The position numbers and the translations under genes are program-made. This document shows, one piece after another, positions 11,123 to 64,000 of a stretch of 64,000 bases of DNA; position 1 is the stretch's first letter; every line of letters starts with the position of its first letter. The notes beneath the pieces are model-generated. The model made no database searches. It worked only from the letters and a program-made list of their open reading frames with translations, and was not told the origin of the DNA. Source of the stretch: Balanoglossus misakiensis (taxonomy: Eukaryota; Animalia; Hemichordata); the NCBI GenBank assembly GCA_040954595.2, contig CM082594.2, forward strand, positions 2,651,319-2,715,318, read 5' to 3'.

Positions 11123-11854
11123 GGTGGCATTGCATGAAAAGTTGTGATTTTTGCCAAATTTTACTGTTTTACATAAATCGGTAGGTCTAATACTGATCCA
11201 CATCCTGACTAATACGTCTTGGCGGAAATGGTGCATAATCACCCAAAAATATCACTTTTCTGAATGCGTCCACAGCTTAACAAATAGGTGTCAACAATGC
11301 AAATGGCTGTTTTTCTCAGTTTGCATTTTCGCTGCTCTTGACAACTTCAGAAGAATTTAGCTTCGCTCTGTGTTGGCCGAAATTGCTCAAATTTTAACAG
11401 GGGATTGTGTATGACCCATCCAACAAAACTGATTTTTGTTTAGTCGATAAAGTGTCCCTGGCGGGAATAAACTCTGATTCAATACAACTCACCGTGAATT
11501 TGATCAAATTTTCTAAAAATCTAACTTTCAAACGCTGTTACTCCTCAATGAAAGCAGATAACGCAAAACAAAATTACTGTTTTTTTGCACGTGTACTCTA
11601 GTTTCGAATGACATATTAAGATGCATGATGCATGGTCAACTTTTTACCTAATTTAAATTTAATGACATAATATCAAATAATGGGTTTTTTAACCCAAAGA
11701 CCCCACCATTTCCGATGATCAATAATATATGCAACTCATACAACAGTTCAAAAACTCAGCTTCCAGAATATATATGGTTTATGGGGGTTTTAATGTTGTC
11801 TTTGATGAGAAATAGGCCTCTGATAAAGTCTCGACAGTTTCATGCAATGCCACC
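11123..11854. mobile_element. TTAA-flanked TIR element (Kolobok-like), 732 bp, downstream of the JmjC stop codon
   Basis: TTAA|GGTGGCATTGCATGAAA...TTTCATGCAATGCCACC|TTAA. Confidence 0.8.
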
Positions 11855-12474
11855 TTAAGCTGTTTTCTGAGTGTGTTTTTTTCGTGGGGGGGGGGGGGGG
11901 TCTGGTTTTTCTCTGTAAAACAAAATTACTCAGTATTTGGTTTTTCAACACTGCCATTGTGTAGTATATAAGCATTGTTATTGTTGACAATTGAATTCAA
12001 GTATAGACTTGAATTCATGTATCTAAATATGCATTCATTTGTCAACAATGACAATGGCCATAACTCGTATACAAGCTTTGTTGAGAAGTTAGATGCTCAG
12101 CATTTCATAAAGCTATTCAGAGTAGAACAAAAAATCATTGTGCGATTGTTATTGCTTTCAAAATAGACTAAGTTTAAAAAAATAGTTATATACTTCTGGG
12201 GTAGCTGATGTATTTCTTGAATGCATCTAAAACAATCTTGTTGTGATCATTTTTTCCAAATTTATAAAAACCTGGTAACACAGTGTGGCATTCGCATCAA
12301 ATGTGTAATTTTACAATTTTGTCTATTTTTGAATTCTTGCATACTTTACTATGTTATTTTTTTACATGTCCATTTGCATCTACATGTATTTGGCTCTGTA
12401 AAATTTTGGTTTATCCGGTATAAATTAGGGTAGGTCAGATTGTCTGGGACACACAATATACTACTTGTATGCCT

Positions 12475-12566
12475 TTAACCCTGTCACCACCATGGTTTGG
12501 TCCAATTCCATTGTTTTATATGGTAAATTTGGACCCTTGTAAAATGAACTGGGGTGAAAGGGTTAA
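12475..12566. mobile_element. piggyBac-like mini-MITE of about 90 bp (TTAA-CCC...GGG-TTAA)
   Basis: Copies also at 15695-15774, about 33505-33580 (partial) and 63658-63750. Confidence 0.7.
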
Positions 12567-13363
12567 ATACAAACATGAAGTTATTGTACTCAACACACAT
12601 CCATAAAAAGACTGATCGACATACACATAGAGTCGATGGTCTGTTGGGATGTCAATTTTACAAATCTTATGGTTATAAACTACTCACAGTATAGTTCTGG
12701 TTTCCTTTTTAAATGTCATATTCAAAATCTTCATTTATTTTTTCATATTTCAAGATAGATTCCATGGAAATTCAATTTTTTACTTGCTTTATAATGATAA
12801 ATTTTTCTTGAATCTTTATATATCCCAAACAACACAAAACAGAGTAGCTGGATATTGAGTGTTTGACTCCACAGGAATTGAAGTTCTTAGTTTTGGTAAT
12901 CATTTGGAGTTTGTTACCATTATGATTGTCTCTATTTTTGTTTTTTGTTAATTGGATATCGGTGATACACAGTGCATTTTTCTGTAAGGTATATTTATAA
13001 ACATCTACACAAATGTACTATTTTTATAACCAGATGAGAATGAACTATTGTGGATAGAAAGTTGATCACTAATGAGCTGATCACTGAATGGAATTAAATG
13101 TATTGACAATCAAACTCTTCCAAATAATTGACAGCTCACAAATGATGAAAGATATTATCTGATTATTGCCAATGATTAATGTAACTTAACTTTTCCTTAC
13201 CTCTCTGAGAAGAATGTATGTATGATCATGAATTGTTTTAGATTTCAGAAATCATAGTTTAAATTCAGAACCGTTAGATGCAGAGTAAAATGGTGCAAAC
13301 TGAATGAAGTCCTGATGTGTAAATTATGAATGGAAAATTAACTGATTACAATTGTAGTTTTTT

Positions 13364-13568
13364 AGGTCCCATTTGGTATATGTCAAGAGACCAGCTGTTC
13401 TATTTGGTGTATATACAGTACACATGTCATTGGCAGCTTATGGTTAAGTCAGTGTTTGCCTGTTGATCTCTCTATGTGTGTGTGTGCGTCTGTCTGTCTG
13501 TGTGTGCACTCCGGTGTAAACCTTTTCCTGTGTAAATCTGAAATGGGACCACGGTGTCCTTGACGCTA
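13364..13568 (+). mobile_element. Mini-HINE with the same termini
   Basis: ttttt-AGGTCCCATTT...(TGTC)n...AAATGGGACCACGGTGTCCTTGACGCTA. Further 3'-end remnants at about 13729-13760 (+) and 49006-49085 (-). Confidence 0.75.
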
Positions 13569-16035
13569 TGTTTTGAGAATGGGACATAATTTATTGTTCA
13601 TGATATCTATATGGTAAGCAGTTTGTATACAATCATCTGTCTTCAAAACCCCAGGTGCTTTGAGATGTATGAGTTATTCTATGGAGACTGGGAAGTGTAC
13701 AATGTCACATCATATATCAGTTCTACTCAAATGGGAACTCAGTGTCCTTGTCACTATTTTTAAGTCAGATATTCATCATCAATCATGTATGTACATTAGG
13801 CAGACTGATTGTAATCATTCTGACAGTTACTTTGTCAAAATAAAATTATAGTATTTTTGATTCATGATTGAGTTCAACTGTTATTTTTTTTAATTCCTTT
13901 CACTATACACTCATCTTATTTGTTGTTTTCTTAATGTAGAGAAAATGTTATGACAACCACACATCCAGCAATAGTTCCAAAGCTGGAAATAGAAACTTCA
14001 TGCAAATCTTAAATTGACAGAGTTGTCTTTTAGCGATACACATCAAATAGATCAAAGGTAGACACACACACACATACTCCAGTATTAATTATATTCATTG
14101 GAATTGGCAAAGGTCATTGTTGGTGAATGAGGATTGAATGTAATCTCAAGGTCACCTGAATTTCCCGACTTTCAAACTTTGTCAGTTTTGGACATTTTTC
14201 ATGGATTAAACTACAGTTTCTTGTTCAAAGCTCTGAAACATGATGAAATACCCGGATGTGTATGGTCAGTGCAAATTCAAGTCCAGACTGGAATTCTTTT
14301 ATTAATAATAACATACAATGGTCAATACACATGTCCCTGAGCCATTGTTTCAATAAATGACTTTCACTTGAAACCACAGTCTGTAAAATAATACAAAGAC
14401 ACATATCACAGATAAGCCTATAGTATTTTATTTTCCTTCAATGGCTAAGATACAGCAAAATCTGAGGCAAAATCATACAATTCCTATACAAGCAGTTTAG
14501 AGTGCAGGTTATGCTTGACAATTCCTCTACAAGCAGTTTAGAGTGCAGGTTATGCTTGGCAATAACCTATAGTTAAATTTGTAACAGACATGAAGTACAT
14601 AAACATTCACAACATAATATACCCTAACTACTTTTTACAGAGAAACTGAATGCTTGTGTAAATATAAACCTTACTGTTAATATTTCCTGTGGTTTGATAA
14701 GCTATACCAAGTAGTACAAATCCAAGTACTGAAAAATGAAAAAAAAAAAGTACTTTTTGCTTTCTTCTTGTGGTATCTAACATAATGTACCGATTTACCA
14801 GGTTTGGTTGCTATGGAGAATTTTCAAAATCACAGAAAAGGTTTAGAATAAGAATTAACATCGGTCCACACAAGTTGGAAAGATGTAGTTTTTGTGCACT
14901 GTTGCCCTTTGATATCATTGGTATAGTTTGCACAAATTGCATGACTTGGGTTACATGTACAAAGCATGTGTCGTTTTGGAAATCAGGAATTTTCCCATAT
15001 TATTCCATGACATTTTGAAGTGCTTTATGGCCATACCTTACACACACTACCAAAATATCAAGAATTTTAAACTATTAAAATCATGTTTTTTCAGCTTTTG
15101 TGATCTTGCAGTAATTTTTAACAGGTAGAAAACTGAGTTAAGAAATATTGTATATTACAAGCAGCCAAAAAAAATCCATAGAAAAACATTTGAAAAGGTA
15201 AGACTGAGCATGTGCAGTACATTAGAGACATTTTGCCAGCAAAAGCAATCAATGTCATATTATCATATTATCAAGTTCATGTCATAAAGTCTTTTTTAGA
15301 AATGTTGACAGGTGACAGGTACATGTCACACAGTTCAATGTTTCTTTGTTATGGAAATAATCTTCCTGTTTGGTTATTGGAAACTTCATAACTGACTTAA
15401 TTTGTATGTGCCGAACCAAGTGAATTTTCAAAGGCAAATTCAATAGTGTGTCACAAATCACTATTGGGTGTCAATAATTTGTTCACAGATGGAATATACA
15501 CTAATTCACTCCAATATGATTTTAATAACTTTTTCCAGACTTGACCTTAGAATGCTGCAAATCAAGTATGAGAGAAAGCAATGCAAAAATCATTCTTTCC
15601 TGTAAGCTCCCGATGTGAATATCATCTTTTGGAAAGTTTCAAATGATAAATTGCCAAAAACAAAGTTTATCAGCAAAACATTGTGTATAATTACTTAACC
15701 CTTTCACCACCAGTTCCCTCTAGAGAGGTCCAACCTTACCCTAGAAAACTGAACCATGGCAATGAAAGGGTTAAAGTTAACACACCATAAACTACTCAGC
15801 TTCTTGGAAAAGCATGCTTTGTGGGAGTTTCATTTTTGTCCTTGATAAGAAATAAAAAAAAGAAACTGCTGGAGGTAAGACGGAAGAGTAATTGGAAGCC
15901 AGTTGTGCTTTTATTTCAGCCATTGATGAGCTGGTGATGATGCACAACTATGACATCACACTTCAAAACAGCCATCTTTCGTAATCCCTGTAAACACAAC
16001 GTGGACTTCAAAATTCCCTTCCTGTCTGATACTTA

Positions 16036-16842
16036 GGCTGCATTCACAAACACCTCTGGAGGGGGGGGGGGGGGCGGGAGAATTCAATTTTTTTTACCGC
16101 TAATTTTCACATGCCCCCCTTCCGAACTGCCAATATTTTCAAATCCCCCCCTTCCGAACTGCCAAAATTTTGAAATCCCCCCCCCCATTTTCTTTCACAG
16201 AGCAAAACACATCACCTATCTATCTTGTAAAAAGAAAAACAGCGCTCCCATGAAAAGAATTTGAAACTGATGTTTCCCCTCATCAGTGGGTATTAAAACT
16301 GAACATTGTTTTTATTTTTTAAGTACATATATTTGTATTCTGTGTTGGGAGACATTGTAAACTGAGAATTGAAGGGGGTGGGTTTGGGAGGGGGTGTCCC
16401 CCTCCCACGTAAGAAAATTTTCTAAAATACAGAGCTCAAAGCTGCATTTTAATGAACCCGGCAAAAGCAAATTAACTCAACTACCGGTATGTTGGGGAGG
16501 ACAAATTTAACCGTCGCCGCTCAAAGTTATCATGGGGTGGGGCAAGTCCCCTGACCTGGGACACTAGATAAACTAGTCAATGATTGAAAGGTGTTGATGA
16601 ATGGAGGGGGTGGGTGTGGGAGGGGGTGTCCCCCTCCCACATTAGAAAATTTTGTAAAATAAAGGGCGCGAAACTGCATTTTTGTGGGCTCAAAATAAAT
16701 ATTTAGTCGTTAAAGTTTTCAAGTCCCCCCCTTTCAGTCCCTAAATTATTTCAAATCCCCCCCCTTACATACCCTCAATTTTTTCAAATCCCCCCCCTCA
16801 ATTCTCCTGCCCCCCCCTCCAGAGGTGTTTGTGAATGCAGCC
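16036..16842. mobile_element. PIF/Harbinger-like non-autonomous element with TTA TSD
   Basis: TTA|GGCTGCATTCACAAACACCTCTGGAGGGGGG...CCCCCCTCCAGAGGTGTTTGTGAATGCAGCC|TTA. Internal segment 16647-16695 is shared with an element remnant at about 260-467. Confidence 0.8.
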
Positions 16843-17555
16843 TTACTTGGTTGCGATGTCATCATGAAACATTTGGCTTGTAAGCAAAATATGCCAAATC
16901 TAGAGTAATTCAAACTATCTCTTTGGAACTGAATCAAAGTCGTCACATGAAATAGATGCATATCAGATAAATCATTCAGTTCCAACTATGCATAATTCAC
17001 ATTTTATAAACTTACTACAATCCATTACAGGTAACAAAAAAGAGAGAAAATAACTACATGTATTATCACTCCTATTAAAATTCACTAAAATTTATCCTTA
17101 CAAATGACTTGTATTATAATTATGCGTAATGGAACATAGTGAATACACATGTACATGATTGTGAAAATACAATAAGGATATACCGGTACCAATGATTTAC
17201 CCCTCCACATTCTATCAATACAATAATGATAAGTGTGCACTTATAGTAATGACCTCATTATTTCATTGCAACCAAAACCTGTCTGGACTAGAATAGTAGA
17301 ACAATACTAACAACTTTGCTCCATTCCACATAACTGTAAAGTAACTGCTAATTCTTGCCTATAGTCAATGTATGGAAACCAAACAGCTATGTAAAGTCTT
17401 TAACTTTGTGGATAAAACAAATATCTTAAACATGCGAGTAACTCATGGAAATATCACTGAATGCAGATATCTGGACTGATGGTTGGCTGTAATCTCTGAC
17501 AGTACACGTGGAATAGCATACCACTCAGTTTTCTTTATCTTCTGAGACAATCAGC

Positions 17556-63901
<46,346 letters not shown>

Positions 63902-64000
63902 CTGGAAATAACAGACATGTACTGAGAGAACGTCTGTGAATTCCACGTGATAGACGTTATCACAAAAAAGTGGTTAGTGCTATGGCAAAACCAAACAACC

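Overview
AT-rich, intron-rich animal genomic DNA; the repeat and gene style suggests a marine invertebrate deuterostome, which is inference only. It holds two convergent spliced genes. (1) A complete 4-exon + strand gene (3618-10901) encodes a membrane-anchored JmjC/cupin 2-oxoglutarate oxygenase-like protein with an intact HxD...H triad. (2) The 3' part of a VPS13A/C-type bridge-like lipid transfer protein gene lies on the - strand (63901 to stop at 17556). I could phase 54 GT-AG exons, about 2590 codons, and its 5' end is beyond the window. VPS13 shows unusual alternative modules: a second in-frame FFAT plus beta-strand module behind the FFAT exon, and a duplicated, probably mutually exclusive, polybasic PH-domain exon pair. 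Introns and flanks carry many non-autonomous DNA elements: Helentron/HINE copies with 239-bp tandem arrays, TTAA foldback MITEs, TA-flanked MITEs and 9-bp-TSD mini-hairpins clustered at the CpG-rich promoter region. The most unusual signal is a set of sequence-unrelated long palindromes sharing strand-polarised CGAG/CGAG (tandem G.A) mismatches and GNA/GNNA loops. TACATGTA is strongly over-represented, with direct TA-to-TACATGTA insertion evidence. All calls were made by eye, with no database searches.
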